Origin: Macrostomum lignano
Lineage: Eukaryota
DNA length: 64,000 bases
Assembly: GCA_002269645.1 (NCBI GenBank)
Contig: NIVC01000001.1
Location: forward strand, 620,001-684,000
Reading direction: 5' to 3'
Made by a program: the position numbers and the translations under genes
Shown here: positions 1 through 36,525 of the stretch, piece by piece
How positions within the stretch are numbered: position 1 is the first letter of the stretch
How the letters are laid out: each line of letters begins with the position of its first letter
The notes under the pieces: generated by a model
What the model was told of the DNA's origin: nothing
Database searches by the model: none
Seen by the model: only the letters and a program-made list of their open reading frames with translations

Positions 1-639
1 CAAAAAACAAACTGCCATAGACAAAAGACTGCCTCGAAATTTCCAAGCTTGACGATGCTTTGTCAAAATTGTCAAAATTTTAGTCAAAAAGTCTTAGTCA
101 AAACTGATTGTAAACTGTTCAATATTGATTCGGAGTTGTCAAAAATGAAGCGGACTTTCGGGGTACACAAACCATAGAGTGTCAGTTTTGAAGCAACTCT
201 GTCAAAATAGAATCGGACTTTGCGGCCCAACCAGTCAGGCTATTTTAGTCTGTGTGTGTAAAATGATGGAGAAAAATAAATTTTATCAATACTTGTAGAT
301 CCCGAAAGCAAAGTCAGAATGAGCTGATTTTGCACAGATAACTTCAGCCCCGTTCAGGTTTTCATTGGATTATTTTGTTACCGAATTCTCCAAGGAGAAG
401 TTGACTAAACGTGCATTGTCAAAATTGAACCAGAGTTTGTCAAAATTGAAGCTTGATCTGTCAATATTGATTGTAGATTTTGAGTGCCCGACCATAGATT
501 GTCAATATTGAAGAGGAGTTTGTCAGTTTCGAAGTTCTCCTTGTTCAAAATCGAGGGTAAAATGGTGTACTACTGCAAATATATCGCAAGAATTTATACT
601 CGCTTAAACAACATTCGATTTCTGACTTTCGCGTCACGT

Positions 640-1012
640 CAGTAAGGTCAAATCGATTTAGTTTCCATTCGGGGTCAGGTAAGGTCAAATCGATTTAGTT
701 TCAAGTCTGGTCAGGTAAGGTCGAATCGATTAATTTTTAAGTCGGTGTCAGGAAAGGTCACATCGATTTAGTTTCAAGTAGGGTCAGTAAAGGTCAAAAT
801 AGATTATTTCTATTCGGGGTCAGATAAGGTCAAATCAATTTAGTTTCTATTCGGGTTCAGGTAAGGTCAAATCGATTTAGTTTCAAGTCGATTCGGGCCA
901 GGTAAGGTCAAATCGATTTAGTTTCTATTCGGGGTCAGGTAAGGTCAAATCGATTTAGTTTCAAGCCGGGGTCAAATAAGTAAGGTCAAATCGATTCGGT
1001 TTCAAGACTGGC
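640..1012. repeat. Degenerate ~37-39 bp tandem repeat (caggtaaggtcaaatcgatttagtttc...)
   Basis: About 9-10 imperfect copies visible. Confidence 0.85.
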
Positions 1013-1532
1013 TGATTCGTGTCACAAATCGTTCCCAATGAGGCTCGCACCTCTTCATCGCAATCCCGAGTCAAGCAAATGTGCCAAACATGCCAAATGT
1101 TGAAGCAGAAAATTCCGTTTAAAACCATGATAGACCCTCGCTCAAGTAAACCATTATGGAGGCAGGCTGTAAAGGCACGGTTTATTATAGGGGCAGTGAA
1201 ACAATAAATTAGATCGGGTGAGATTTCAGTCGCTTCCAGAAAATTTTAGCGGCAAAGGTGAGCGACAAATAACGGCAGAGCGCATGCAGGTAACATGCAA
1301 ATAAACAACAAGTGGAGTTAATTAGGGAGAATTTGAGGAGAGGCGCGTGCAGTGCGGTGCTAAGTAAGATCACGTGATCCCAGTAATGGTATTTCTTCTT
1401 AGCACGTATTGAGCTAAGGGGAAAGCGTTTGTAAAATTTGCATTGATAATAATAAGTTCACTAAGGCTAACGTGCAGCAGATCTTAATAAAATCTATAGC
1501 ATACTACTTAGTAAGTAGTTTTGAATACCAGG

Positions 1533-2050
1533 AGTGACAGATGAGGGCAGGGGAATCACGGGTGTGACAGATGAGGGCAGGGGAATCACGGGTGTGACAG
1601 ATTAGGGCAGGGGAATCACAGGTGTGACAGATTAGGGCAGGGGAATCACAGGTGTGACAGATGAGGGCAGGGGAATCACAGGAGTGAAAGATGAAGGCAG
1701 GGGAATCACAGGAGTGACAGATGAGGGCAGGGGAATCACAGGAGTGAAAGATGAAGGCAGGGGAATCACAGGAGTGACAGATGAGGCCAGGGGAATCACA
1801 GGAGTGACAGATGAGGGCAGGGGAATCACACGAGTGACAAATGAGGGCAGGGGAATCACAGGAGTGAAAGATGAAGGCAGGGGAATCACAGGAGTGACAG
1901 ATGAGGCCAGGGGAATCACAGGAGTGACAGATGAGGGCAGGGGAATCACAGGAGTGACAGATGAGGGCAGGGGAATCACGGGTGTGACAGATGAGGGCAG
2001 GGGAATCACGGGTGTGACAGATGAGGGCAGGGGAATCACAGGTGTGACAG
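1533..2050. repeat. 30-bp minisatellite (gtgacagatgagggcaggggaatcacagga)
   Basis: About 17 near-identical tandem units; explains ORFs 1504-2157. Confidence 0.95.
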
Positions 2051-2177
2051 AGAAAGACGGCAGACCAGAACTGGGTACAGCAGCTGCGCTCTCGCGGGAG
2101 CAGGAAACGAGCCCACATTCGGCAGCAAGCCTGCATAGTCTATGGCCCAAAGCCTGAGAGTGGGGTTGGCCGAAGAA

Positions 2178-10595
<8,418 letters not shown>

Positions 10596-10839
10596 ATAGT
10601 GCTACACTGAAGTACATGTAACAGTGTCTGTCTACCGGTAGATTATTCAAGACTTCAATGAGGTTGTAATTTAAAGAAGCTTTACAGAAATTACTCAGTC
10701 ACTGGGCTGGAGAAACTCAAGTTAAAAAAATATTTACACATCAGTTAGATCACTCAAACCCCAATTAATTTCAAGCTCGTTGATGCATTACCAGTTAAAA
10801 ACGATAACCGGTGACAGGAATCTCTAAAATGTGGTTGAA

Positions 10840-11215
10840 AACAACTCACTAGTGACTCTGACGACTTTTTTTAACGAATCAAACGCGTCTAAACTCAAAC
10901 TGTTGCGTCACGTGAGTTGTAGAATCGTAAAAGTGTCGCAATCGATAGAGTCGTCTAAGAATAGTTGTATTGGCGCTTAACTGTCTACTAACTCAGTAGG
11001 CTAGTTAGAGCGCTTCAAACGCAACTTAGTGAGCTAGGGTCGTTATATCGTCACCCCGGAGTCACTAACAATCGCGCCAGAGTGGTTTTTAGAGTCGCAG
11101 GCAATAAAACGCCTCCAAATGGACTCTTAGGCGACTTGTACCGTGACATCTCGTAGTTTTAGAGTCACTTCTTTCATATTTTATCTGTAAAGCCTGCAAA
11201 GACTCTTCTTGGCGT
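10840..11215 (-). mobile_element. Dispersed ~400-bp non-coding repeat, copy 1 (inverted relative to copies 2 and 3)
   Basis: Reverse complement aligns by eye to 40360-40745 and 45655-45957 (e.g. gttttattg..tgcgactct..aaccactc; ctacttgagttagt..aaagt..agcgc). Confidence 0.7.
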
Positions 11216-12034
11216 CGGTACTCGATTGTATTCGATATCAAAGTTAAAAAATTCCATTTCGGCTGATTAAATTGTAATTTCTACTTTCAGTAATATGAAT
11301 CCCAGTTAAAAGTTAAATCCTGACTGTGATTATTTAAAGGTCTACATGTACTCTCTGAATCCAGACTATTTTTACAGTTTACATGCTTCTTTTTCTCTTT
11401 GATTTCCTGTGCGTTTTTTCACTGATTTTCTCTCCAATGGAAGTTTCCTTTGCTGCTTTGATTGCAATTTTCTTAAAACACAACTACCTGCACTGATGAC
11501 CTGATGTTGTCAACCTCTGCTTATTAAATCCTGTCAATTTAAATAATTATTACTGCTGGACAATAAGCCAATTTGAGAGAGTTTTTTATTACAGAAACAG
11601 ATTTTTATTATTATCATCAAAAATAGCCTGTTGATAGCAAACAAACAATAGCGGCTTTCTCTTGGGCAAGCAACAGACAGTTGAAAGGAAAAGCCGTGCA
11701 AATCGGAACATGCTACCATTAGTAAGTGATGGAAAACATGGGTACGCGTTGTTCTTTATTGAACTTTTTCAATATTCGGGATGCAGTTCCGACTATGAAG
11801 TGAGTGCGAGTTTCTGCGCAAATGAGACTGATCAGTTTACTCTGGAATTGCATTCACCGGCATTAAAATGCGACACAAAAAATGTCTACCAGGCACAGCA
11901 TGATTTAGTGACAGCAAGATTGAGAGCTTAGCCAGCTGGCAGGCGAAGCAGGAATGAAATATTCTGCGAAAAAGCCATAGCATGGCGGCACGATTGATGC
12001 GAACAAAAGGTGGCTTTTTAGGTAAGTAAGTTGT

Positions 12035-12485
12035 TTGGGGTGGCTGTATGGGGTGGGGTTTGCGGGTGGTTGTTTGGAGTAGGGGTTTAGGGGTGAAGGT
12101 TTTTGGGTGGCTGCATGGGGTGGGGATTTGGGGGTGGTGGTATGAAGTGGAGGTTTTGGGGTGGCTGTATGGGTGGAGGTTTTGGGGTGGCTGTATGGGG
12201 TAGTGGTTTCGGGGTGGCTGTATGGGGTAGTGGTTTCGGGGTGGCTGTATGGGGTAGTGGTTTTGGGGTGGCTGTATGGGGTAGTGGTTTTGGGGTGGCT
12301 GTATGGGGTAGTGGTTTTGGGGTGGCTGTATGGGGTAGTGGTTTTGGGGTGGCTGTATGGGGTAGTGGTTTTGGGGTGGCTGTATGGGGTAGTGGTTTTA
12401 GGGTGGCTGTATGGGGTAGTGGTTTTGGGGTGGCTGTATGGGGTAGTGGTTTTGGGGTGGCTGTATAGGCGGTTGGGGTTTTGTG
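12035..12485. repeat. 27-bp G-rich minisatellite (ggggtggctgtatggggtagtggtttt)
   Basis: About 15 tandem units. Confidence 0.93.
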
Positions 12486-12913
12486 GTGGTTGTACGGGAT
12501 AGGGGTTTGGCTTTGGCCTTCTGGGAGTGGCTGTATGGATACGAGTACACGAGTATTAGGATACGAGTACATTCAAGTGCGACCCTCAAACATAAATTCT
12601 GTATAACCATACTTGTCAGAATTGTAAAATCGAGTTTCGAAATTCGCAGAAAGACAATATCTGCATTGGTTATTAAATAATTTCAACGGTGCTACATTTA
12701 AACAGTGGCATACAGTAAATGGAAACTAGAGAGCTTAAATAAAATAAGTCGATTCGGTTCAAACGAGTCTAGACTGGCAAAGTTGGCACACCTGTGCACA
12801 ATGAGATCTCTGTCAATCAATGGCTATTGAACGATAAATTATGAATTCGGTGCATCTGGATGAAATCAATTTCTCTAGTAGAAGCTGGCGCTCTGGAGCA
12901 GCATTTTGGGGAC

Positions 12914-28251
<15,338 letters not shown>

Positions 28252-29814
28252 CCTGCGCGATGATGCCTTCTAGCCGAAGTGTTTCGTTGCTGAATGAATC
28301 CTGCTTGGACAAAGCAGCGTCAAGTTGTTTAAAGGAAGCTAGGAAAATGCCTGCCTGGTGAGAGGCAATGGCAGAGTGCCAATGAGGTGGGTAAGAGAAC
28401 TAACTACAGACGAGTAGAGCCTTAACCAAATAGCTTATATAGCTCTCTAAAATACACACTTCTTATTCTTAAGCGCGATATTAAGAGCGAAGTCTGTCTG
28501 GTAGTTCCTGTCAAGGGGGGGGGAATAATTTAAATTGTAATGCACCCCACAGCCGGGGTGGCGGTGTGGCCAATGGAGGAGGTTTGAAAGGCGTGGGTGG
28601 CGCCGGTAAGGACAGACAGGAGGGGCCCTGAAGCGAGTTTCAAGCGAGCCGGTTTTTACTCGGCATTTAACGGAAGGCCCTATGGGTTTGTCTGGGTGCC
28701 GGCATTTAAGATCGATAAATTATATGGGGGCCCGGCCCCGGAGGGGGGTGGGGGAGGCCCGGCCGGCTGAGGAAGGAGGGGTCTGAGTTGCAAGGCTTGG
28801 TCGGGTGGGGTGGGGTGAGAATTAGAACAGGGCAGGGGGTGGAAGAGGGGGGTTGGTTCCCAGCAAGGCCTGTCTGTGCGTAGGAGTTTTAAATGGGGGC
28901 GTGGAACTGGCAATGCGTTTGTTGTAATAAGGCCAAACCAAACTCATTCCCAGCCAATAGCAGGCTAGGACAAGGCGATGCGCAAATAATCCTACTGTTA
29001 GTAGGTGACTTTAGACGCTAAGGAAAAACAGCTCAATGGCGGATTAAAGAGTGACGCCCAAGTTCGTCATGTCTATAAATAATCGAATAGTATGCGCTAG
29101 CCAATGCAAAAACTGGCACGCTTTGCACTTAGCGCGTTGTTGCTTATAGTTAAAAAACAGCGCGCAGTTTAGAGGGAGCTGAAATAAAAGAACATTGGAA
29201 GACAGGCGGTCACATGCTGTATCCCCGAGATATAGATAGAACTTACGACATTTTCAAGCTCTTATTATAGTTTGAGAGAGAGCGAGAGAGCGAGAGAAGC
29301 TGCCCCTTCCCCCCACTAATCCCATGCAGTACAGGCGTGCACAGCAGATTGCAAGATGGTGACTAAGTGACTAATAATAAAAATAGCGCACAGTTTCAGC
29401 ATGGAAAGGAAACCGAATCAAATTAGTTCAGGTCTTAGCCTTGGCAATGGGGGCAAACACAAACAGGCCGAGAAACTGAGGAGACAACGTGGAACAAATT
29501 TAAAAATAGACATTACGACAGAAATCAGCTCGCAGTTGTTTATAACGCGGCATGGCTGCACGTGATTTCATAAATTCCAAGTTTATGAATTGCACTTTTA
29601 AACACAGGAAATGAGGAAAGAAACAACATCATCCAGATTCATCTTCACAGATCGGCAATTCATTATTTTCAACAATGAGCTGATTGTGTGTGTGTGTTAC
29701 AGGCACAATGTATTTATTTGGTATTCAAGTTTATAATTACTTGATCCTTGATACAGGCTGCCTGTTACATGATAGTTCTGCCTATCGAGCTAACATACAG
29801 ACAGGTAAACTAAC

Positions 29815-30149
29815 AAGGGCTGCTCAAGTAGGAGGACGGGAGGCTACGTTTCTAGGAATTTTTTAGGAGGCCGGTTTTACCAAAGAAAAACATTATTACG
29901 GAGAATGGAGGTTTTTCATATTTTCAGCGCCTAATTTTTATAGAACTCAAACTTTCTAAATGAAAAGCTTTATGAAAATCAATAGAGCTATGAGCAAGGC
30001 AAGACGTATCAAAAGATAAACATTGGGTCTTATTTCCATTAAAATCAATAACAATTTTTGTGCTGAGAAAATGAAAACCTCCCATCTCCGTAATGCATTT
30101 TTCCGGCAAAAGAAACTTAGTTCTCCGTCCTTGTACTTGAGCAGTCCTT
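29815..30149. mobile_element. MITE-like element with ~120-bp imperfect terminal inverted repeats
   Basis: aagggctgctcaagtaggaggacggga..ttacggagaatggaggtttttcat..ttcagc at the left end is mirrored by gctga..atgaaaacctcccatctccgtaa..tctccgtccttgtacttgagcagtcctt at the right end; TSD unclear. Confidence 0.65.
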
Positions 30150-30339
30150 AGTAACTAACTTCTCAGTTAGCTAATTAACTCACAGCTGATATTGTAGAAG
30201 CACAAATTAATTTGGTAAAAAACATGCGCGTTATATACTACTTACTTTTAGCACTGCTAACTTGCTGTATCGCTAAATCAGGGCTTGCAAACTTTTTAAC
30301 TCAAGGGCTGGCCCAGAGGAAGGGAAGGGAAAGAGAGGA

Positions 30340-31125
30340 GGGAACAGATGGTAGAATGCACAAGAGGGAAGGGAGAGAAGAAGGGAGAGACGAAGGGAGA
30401 GCAGAGGGATCGAGAAAGGAGAGGAGAGAAGGTGGGGGAGAGAAGAAAGGAGAGAAGGGAGAGAAGAGAAGGGAGAAGAAAGAAATGAGAGGAGAGAAGG
30501 GAGAGGAGAGAAGGGAGAGAAGAGAAGGGAGAGGAGAGAAGGGAGAGGAGAGAAGGGAGAGAAGAGAAGGGAGAGAAGAGAAGGGAGAGGAGAGAAGGGA
30601 GAGAAGAGAAGGGAGAGGAGAGAAGGGAGAGGAGAGAAGGGAGAGAAGAGAAGGGAGAGGAGAGAAGGGAGAGGAGAGAAGAGAGAGGAGAGAAGGGAGA
30701 GGAGAGAAGGGAGAGAAGAGAAGGGAGAGGAGAGAAGGGAGAGGAGAGAAGGGAGAGAAGAGAAGGGAGAGAAGAGAAGGGAGAGGAGAGAAGGGAGAGA
30801 AGAGAAGGGAGAGGAGAGAAGGGAGAGAAGAGAAGGGAGAGAAGAGAAGGGAGAGGAGAGAAGGGAGAGGAGAGAAGGGAGAGGAGAGAAGGGAGAGAAG
30901 AGAAGGGAGAGGAGAGAAGGGAGAGGAGAGAAGGGAGAGGAGAGAAGGGAGAGGAGAGAAGGGAGAGAAGAGAAGGGAGAGGAGAGAAGGGAGAGGAGAG
31001 AAGGGAGAGGAGAGAAGGGAGAGAAGAGAAGGGAGAGAAGAGAAGGGAGAGAAGAGAAGGGAGAGGAGAGAAGGGAGAGGAGAGAAGGGAGAGGAGAGAA
31101 GGGAGAGGAGAGAAGGCTGAGAGAG
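30340..31125. repeat. Polypurine (GA-rich) tandem array
   Basis: gagaggagagaagg / gagagaagagaagg units with almost no pyrimidines. Confidence 0.96.
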
Positions 31126-31261
31126 CTGAGAAGAGCCACAAACCTTAGGCGGGGCCGGATTGCAATGGTGAAGTTTCAAAGGACCCCTACCCTACAGCAT
31201 TACTATTCCCCTCTAGCTAACAGGCGTAGAGCTAACTAAAATATCCCCCAATGAATAAAAA

Positions 31262-33655
31262 TCAAATATAGGTGCACTTCTCGGCCGGAATGTGACCCGA
31301 GTTGCCAACGTATCGAACTGCCACCCGGCCATTTGGCCGAATAGTTATCCAGGTGATGGAGCCGTGGTCTAGGCTGAACCGGAGCCAAGCCTCCGGCGGC
31401 AGCTGCAACGCCCGGCAGACGAAATAGCGAATAACGTTGGCGTGACAGACCAGCAGTTCGTAGCTGTCCTCGGCTTGGCTGGCCGACGCCCGATGGAAGA
31501 AGCGGCGAAATGCGGACTCGATACGGGCTCCGTCCTGCGGGGGAGACCCCAGATAAGCAAAGCTAGTAAATTCTTTCGATTTTTTACTTTATTTGGCGAT
31601 ATTCGCGCGTTTCTCTACTGATAGTAGAAAATAAGGCATTGAAATTGATAAAATTCTACAAAACTAGCTTGAATTTATGAGCGGATGATCAAATAGAGAG
31701 GCCGATGATCAATGAGAGGGGCGGATGATCAAATAGAGAGGCCGATGATCAATGAGAGGGGCGGATGCTCAAGGGAGGGGCCGATGATCAATGAGAGGGG
31801 CGGATGCTCAAGGGAGGGGCGGATGATCTAAGTGAGGGGCGGATGCTCAAGGGAGGGGCGGATGATCTAAGTGAGGGGCGGATGCTCAAGGGAGGGGCGG
31901 ATGATCTAAGTGAGGGGCGGATGCTCAAGGGAGGGGCGGATGATCTAAGTGAGGGGCCGATGATCAATGAGAGGGGCGGATGATCAAATAGAGAGGCCGA
32001 TGATCAATGAGAGGGGCGGATGCTCAAGGGAGGGGCGGATGATCAATGAGAGGAGGGGCGGATGATCAAGGAGAGGGGCGGATGATCAATGAGAGGGGCG
32101 GATGCTCAAGGGAGGGGCGGATGATCTAAGTGAGGGGCGGATGCTAAAGGGAGGGGCGGATGTTCTAAGTGAGGGGCGGATGCTCAAGGGAGGGGCGGAT
32201 GATCTAAGTGAGGGGCGGATGCTCAAGTGAGGGGCGGATGATCAGAGGGGCGGATGATCAATGAGAGGAGGGGCGGATGATCAATGAGAGGAGGGGCGGA
32301 TGATCAATGAGAGGAGGGGCGGATGATCAATGAGAGGAGGGGTGGATGATCAATGAGAGGAGGGGCGGATGATCAAGGACAGGGGCGGATGATCAAGGAC
32401 AGGGGCGGATGATCAATGAGAGGAGGGGCGGATGATCAATGAGAGGAGGGGTGGATGATCAATGAGAGGAGGGGCGGATGATCAATGAGAGGAGGGGTGG
32501 ATGATCAATGAGAGGAGGGGCGGATGATCAAGGACAGGGGCGGATGATCAAGGACAGGGGCGGATGATCAATGAGAGGAGGGGCGGATGATCAATGAGAG
32601 GAGGGGTGGATGATCAATGAGAGGAGGGGCGGATGATCAATGAGAGGAGGGGCGGATGATCAATGAGGAGGGGTGGATGATCAATGAGAGGAGGGGTGGA
32701 TGATCAATGAGAGGGGCGGATGATCCAGGAACCAAGTGGCATATGAAATAAATAAAATACACAGCAGCAGCGAGCAGACCTGATGAAATGTGTCCGGGCT
32801 GGGCTGATAGTGCGGCGCCGGTGGCTCAGGCGGCACAGGTGCGCCCTCCTCAAGCAAGGAGCAGGGCTCAGCGCTCAGGCTGCTCGGCAGATGACGGCGA
32901 ATTGCTTCAGCTGTTTGCCTGCAGACACGGATTGAATGAAAGCGGCGAATACACAAATATGGTTAAACAAAAAGGGCGACAGATGACCAAGGGGCGGATG
33001 ACCTAGGGGGGGGGGAGGACACAAGACAGGATGCGGATAAGCAACAGGTGAGATGAGTGACTTAAGGCGACAGCTAAAGGGCGGATAACTGAAGGGGCAG
33101 ATGACCCGGGGTGGATAGTATCCATGGAAGCCAACAAAAGACCCTAAAAGTGGCTAAACAAAGCATGCAGGCCCCTCACTTGGCCCTAGTCATGGTGGAG
33201 AAGTGCAGCTTAGTCAGCGGCAAGTTCAGCTCCTTGAGCCGCTGTCCAGTGAGCTCAGCCTGCTGCCAGCCGAGCTCAGTGAGACACCTGGCCGCGTCGG
33301 TGTCGCCGTCGCAGTACTGGGCGTGCCGCACCAGGATGAGGTGCCTGGACGCTTTCGGCACAGCCTCCTCGAGAGCTTTCTCATAGGCTGCCCTTTCTTC
33401 ATCATTACGCGGCGGCCGGACCAGACTCTTGGGATCTCGCCTATCCCAATTGTTATCCCAGCGTACGGACGGTTCGAAATTATTGGTGAAGGAGGCCAAA
33501 GCCTGGCTAGAGTGCAGGAACCGGGCGGCCAGGCCGGTGCCGCCGTAGGTTCCGCCAGCTCCGCTGCCGTCCTCAAAGCGCTGATAGTAACGATAGGCGC
33601 CTATTGCGGCCGCTGTGCCGAACAGGGCGGCGCATTTGCGTAGCACGCCGGACAT
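31262..33655 (-). CDS. PGAM5: Mitochondrial Ser/Thr phosphatase PGAM5; 3 exons
   Basis: Exons 33655-33180, 32918-32780, 31534-31262 with consistent phases. [85 protein letters not shown]. The last exon is not in the ORF track. Confidence 0.95.
31682..32725. repeat. ~19-22 bp intronic minisatellite (gaggggcggatgatcaatga)
   Basis: Variant units filling PGAM5 intron 2. Confidence 0.94.
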
Positions 33656-33714
33656 CTGGCTGAACGGATGGGGGGGGGGCAATTTTAGTGGCTGACTGGC
33701 TGGAGATGAAATAT

Positions 33715-33945
33715 AGTGCTGCTCACTGTCTACCCTATGGTGTGCTTGCTATCTACCTTATGGTGTGCTTGCTGTCTACCCTATGGTGTGTTTGCTGTCT
33801 ACCCTATGGTGTGTTTGCTGTCTACCCTATGGTGTGTTTGCTGTCTACCCTATGGTGTGTTTGCTGTCTACCCTATGGTGTGCTCACTATCTAACCTATG
33901 TTGTGCTCGCTATCTAACCTATGTTGTGCTCGCTATCTACACTAG
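33715..33945. repeat. 22-bp minisatellite (tgctgtctaccctatggtgtgt)
   Basis: About 9 units between the PRELID1-like gene and PGAM5. Confidence 0.9.
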
Positions 33946-34391
33946 CATACTCCTACGTAAACACAAATAAAGACGCGCATTAAATTTACAAAACAAATCA
34001 TAACAGTTTTACACTTTTTATTAAACTATGCATTCAAACTTGCGCCACTGTGAACCAATCTTCGGTAGCAATCCAGTTGGTTCTCATAGCCTCAAACTAA
34101 GCTTTTCGTTTATTAGTTAGTTATTCATTTATTTGTTGCAACAAACGTTGAACTACTAATAGTAGGCTTAGTTAGCTGGGGAGAGATATAGTTTAAAAGT
34201 AAAAAAACACAGAAAGTAATATAAGCAAATAGAAATATGAAGAAATTATTAATACGAGTATATAGTCGGTACAATAAACTATAGACATGGGGGTTGTCCG
34301 GGTAGTTTTCATATTTGATTTTCTTCACGAGTCGATCTCGGAACTTTGAAGACCACAAAAAATCAGCAATTTAGCAGAGAAATCGGATCAA

Positions 34392-35769
34392 TTATTTATC
34401 GGATTTTGAGCAGACCGGGCAGACGCAGCGAATTCTGCGACTGGCCAACAGGCCGCCCGGCCCGGCGCCAACATGGTTGAGTTTGTCGCGCAGAGACTGC
34501 CTGGCAGATCTGGCCAGCTCTTGGCCGGCTTTGTAGTTGCCGCGGGCCTTCTCAACAACGTTGGGAAACATCTGACTGAGCACGTGCATGAAGCCGCGGT
34601 TCGTGTCTTCTACGCGCTTGGCGTAGCTGCTAATGAAGAAATTATTCGCCTTGCGCTGGAGCCAGTCCGACACGCGGACAGTGTGCCGGATGCGGACGGT
34701 TTTGAGCACCTGTTGCAGGTGGGGTGGGACAGACAAATAAAGCTTATTGACTGAATTTATTGAGAAACAGAGTTTGCGATAAGCAGAGTGTAAAGGGGGT
34801 GGGTCAGAGGATTGGGGGCTGGGTGATAAGCAGAGTGTACATAGGACTGGGACAGGGGATTGTGGGGTGGATGATAAGCAGAGTGTACATATGGCTGGGG
34901 CAGGGAATTGGGGGTGGATGATAAGCAGAGTGTACATATGGCTGGGCAGGCTGGGGCAGGGAATTGGGGGGTGGGTGGCAAGCAGAGTGCACATATAGCT
35001 GGGGCAGGGAATTGGGGGGAGGGTGGCAAGCAGGGTGTACATGGGGCTGGGGCAGGGAATTGGGGGGTGGGTGGCAAGCAGGGTGTACATGGGGCTGGGG
35101 CAGGGAATTGAGGGGGTGGCAAGCAGAGTGTACATATGGCTGGGGCAGCGAATTGGGGGGGTGGATGATAAGCAGAGTGTACATATGGCTGGGGCAGGGA
35201 ATTGGGGGGTGGGTGGCAAGCAGAGTGCACATAAAGCTGGGGTAGGGAATTGGGGGGTGGGTGACAAGCAGAGTGTACATGGGGCTGGGGCAGGGAATTG
35301 AGGGGGTGGCAAGCAGAGTATAAATGGGGCTGTGGGGCTGCGGCTGTACATGGGGCTGAGGCAGGGGATTGTGGGGTGGGTTGATGGACATAGAACTCAC
35401 CCGAGTCTCATCCCCACACGGAGTGTAGTGCACGGTCTCGGTGAAAACGCCCAGCCGAGTGAGCAGTCCGATATTCCTGGTGGTTGTGACAATAGACTTG
35501 GCAGCCGGATCGATAACCGAGTCTTCAACAATGTACTCGCACATGCTGGTCAAGGATTTCAAATACCAGGGCAGGGCGCCGGGGGATCTCTGTTTAACTA
35601 ACAGTCGGCGGGTGTGCAAACAGCCGTCCACAATGCGCCTGTCGACAACGTCCTCTGCGACAATGTGCTTAGCGTAGGGATTAGGATAGCGCCGCCAAAA
35701 CGCCAGACAGACCCGTTCCCAGCTGAATGGCAGGCGCTGCGTCACTGATAGATGGCCGCTGTCCGCCAT
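34392..35769 (-). CDS. PRELID1: PRELI/Ups1-family mitochondrial intermembrane-space lipid transfer protein (PRELID1-like); 2 exons, ~228 aa
   Basis: Exons 35769-35401 and 34709-34392, phase 0. SWERVCLAFWRRYPNPYAKHIVAEDVVDR, RRLLVK, YIVEDSVIDP, TTTTRNI, TNRGFMHVL. Confidence 0.82.
34765..35390. repeat. ~47-bp G-rich intronic minisatellite (gagtgtacatatggctggggcagggaattggggggtgggtggcaagca)
   Basis: About 12 variant units. Confidence 0.92.
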
Positions 35770-35864
35770 GCTTAGACAGGGCAGTCGCTTCTCACTGCAA
35801 TGCAATAATTAGGCTTTGTGACGGCAGTACAGTTTAACCCCAAATGCATTGTTTTGTACACTTA

Positions 35865-36525
35865 CACTCCTTATCCACCTCAATCATATCTCTCAAATGT
35901 ACACACCACTCCTTAACCGCCTCAACACAACCCTCCCCTAATGTACACAGCACACTCCTTAACCGCCTCAACACAACCCTCCCCCAATGTACACACCACA
36001 CTCCTTAGCCGCCTCAACACAACCCACACAACTCACAACCACCTTAAAACTGCCCCCAATGTACACACCACACTCCTTAGCCGCCTCAACACAACCCTCC
36101 CCCAATGTACACACCACACTCCTTAGCCGCCTCAACACAACCCACACAACTCACAACCACCTTAAAACTGCCCCCAATGTACACACCACACTCCTTAGCC
36201 GCCTCAACACAACCCTCCCCCAATGTACACACCACACTCCTTAGCCGCCTCAACACAACCCTCCCCCAATGTACACACCACACTCCTTAGCCGACTCAAT
36301 ACAACCCTCCCCCAATGTACACACCATACTCCTTAGCCGCCTCAACACAACCCTCCCCCAATGTACACACCACACTCCTAAACCGCCTTAAAACTGCCCC
36401 CAATGTACACACCACACTCCTTAACCACCTTAAAACTGCCCCCAATGTGCACAGCATACTCCTTAACTGCCTCAACACAACCCTCCCCCAATGTACACAC
36501 CACACTCCTAAACCGCCTTACCTCT
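35865..36525. repeat. 46-bp C-rich minisatellite (ccccaatgtacacaccacactccttagccgcctcaacacaaccctc)
   Basis: Tandem units with a periodic longer variant. Confidence 0.92.

Noticed and set aside
11662-12030. 89-aa ORF, a short hairpin (aaaagcca..tggctttt) and a gtaagt donor
   Set aside because: No homology recognised; too weak to call a gene or RNA
33400-33480. PGAM5 RHA instead of RHG as an inactivated phosphatase
   Set aside because: PGAM5 orthologs naturally deviate from RHG (human RHS); the catalytic Arg-His and the other motifs are present
34765-35390. Tandem Pumilio elements (TGTACATA) in the PRELID1 intron array
   Set aside because: The motif is on the antisense strand and intronic
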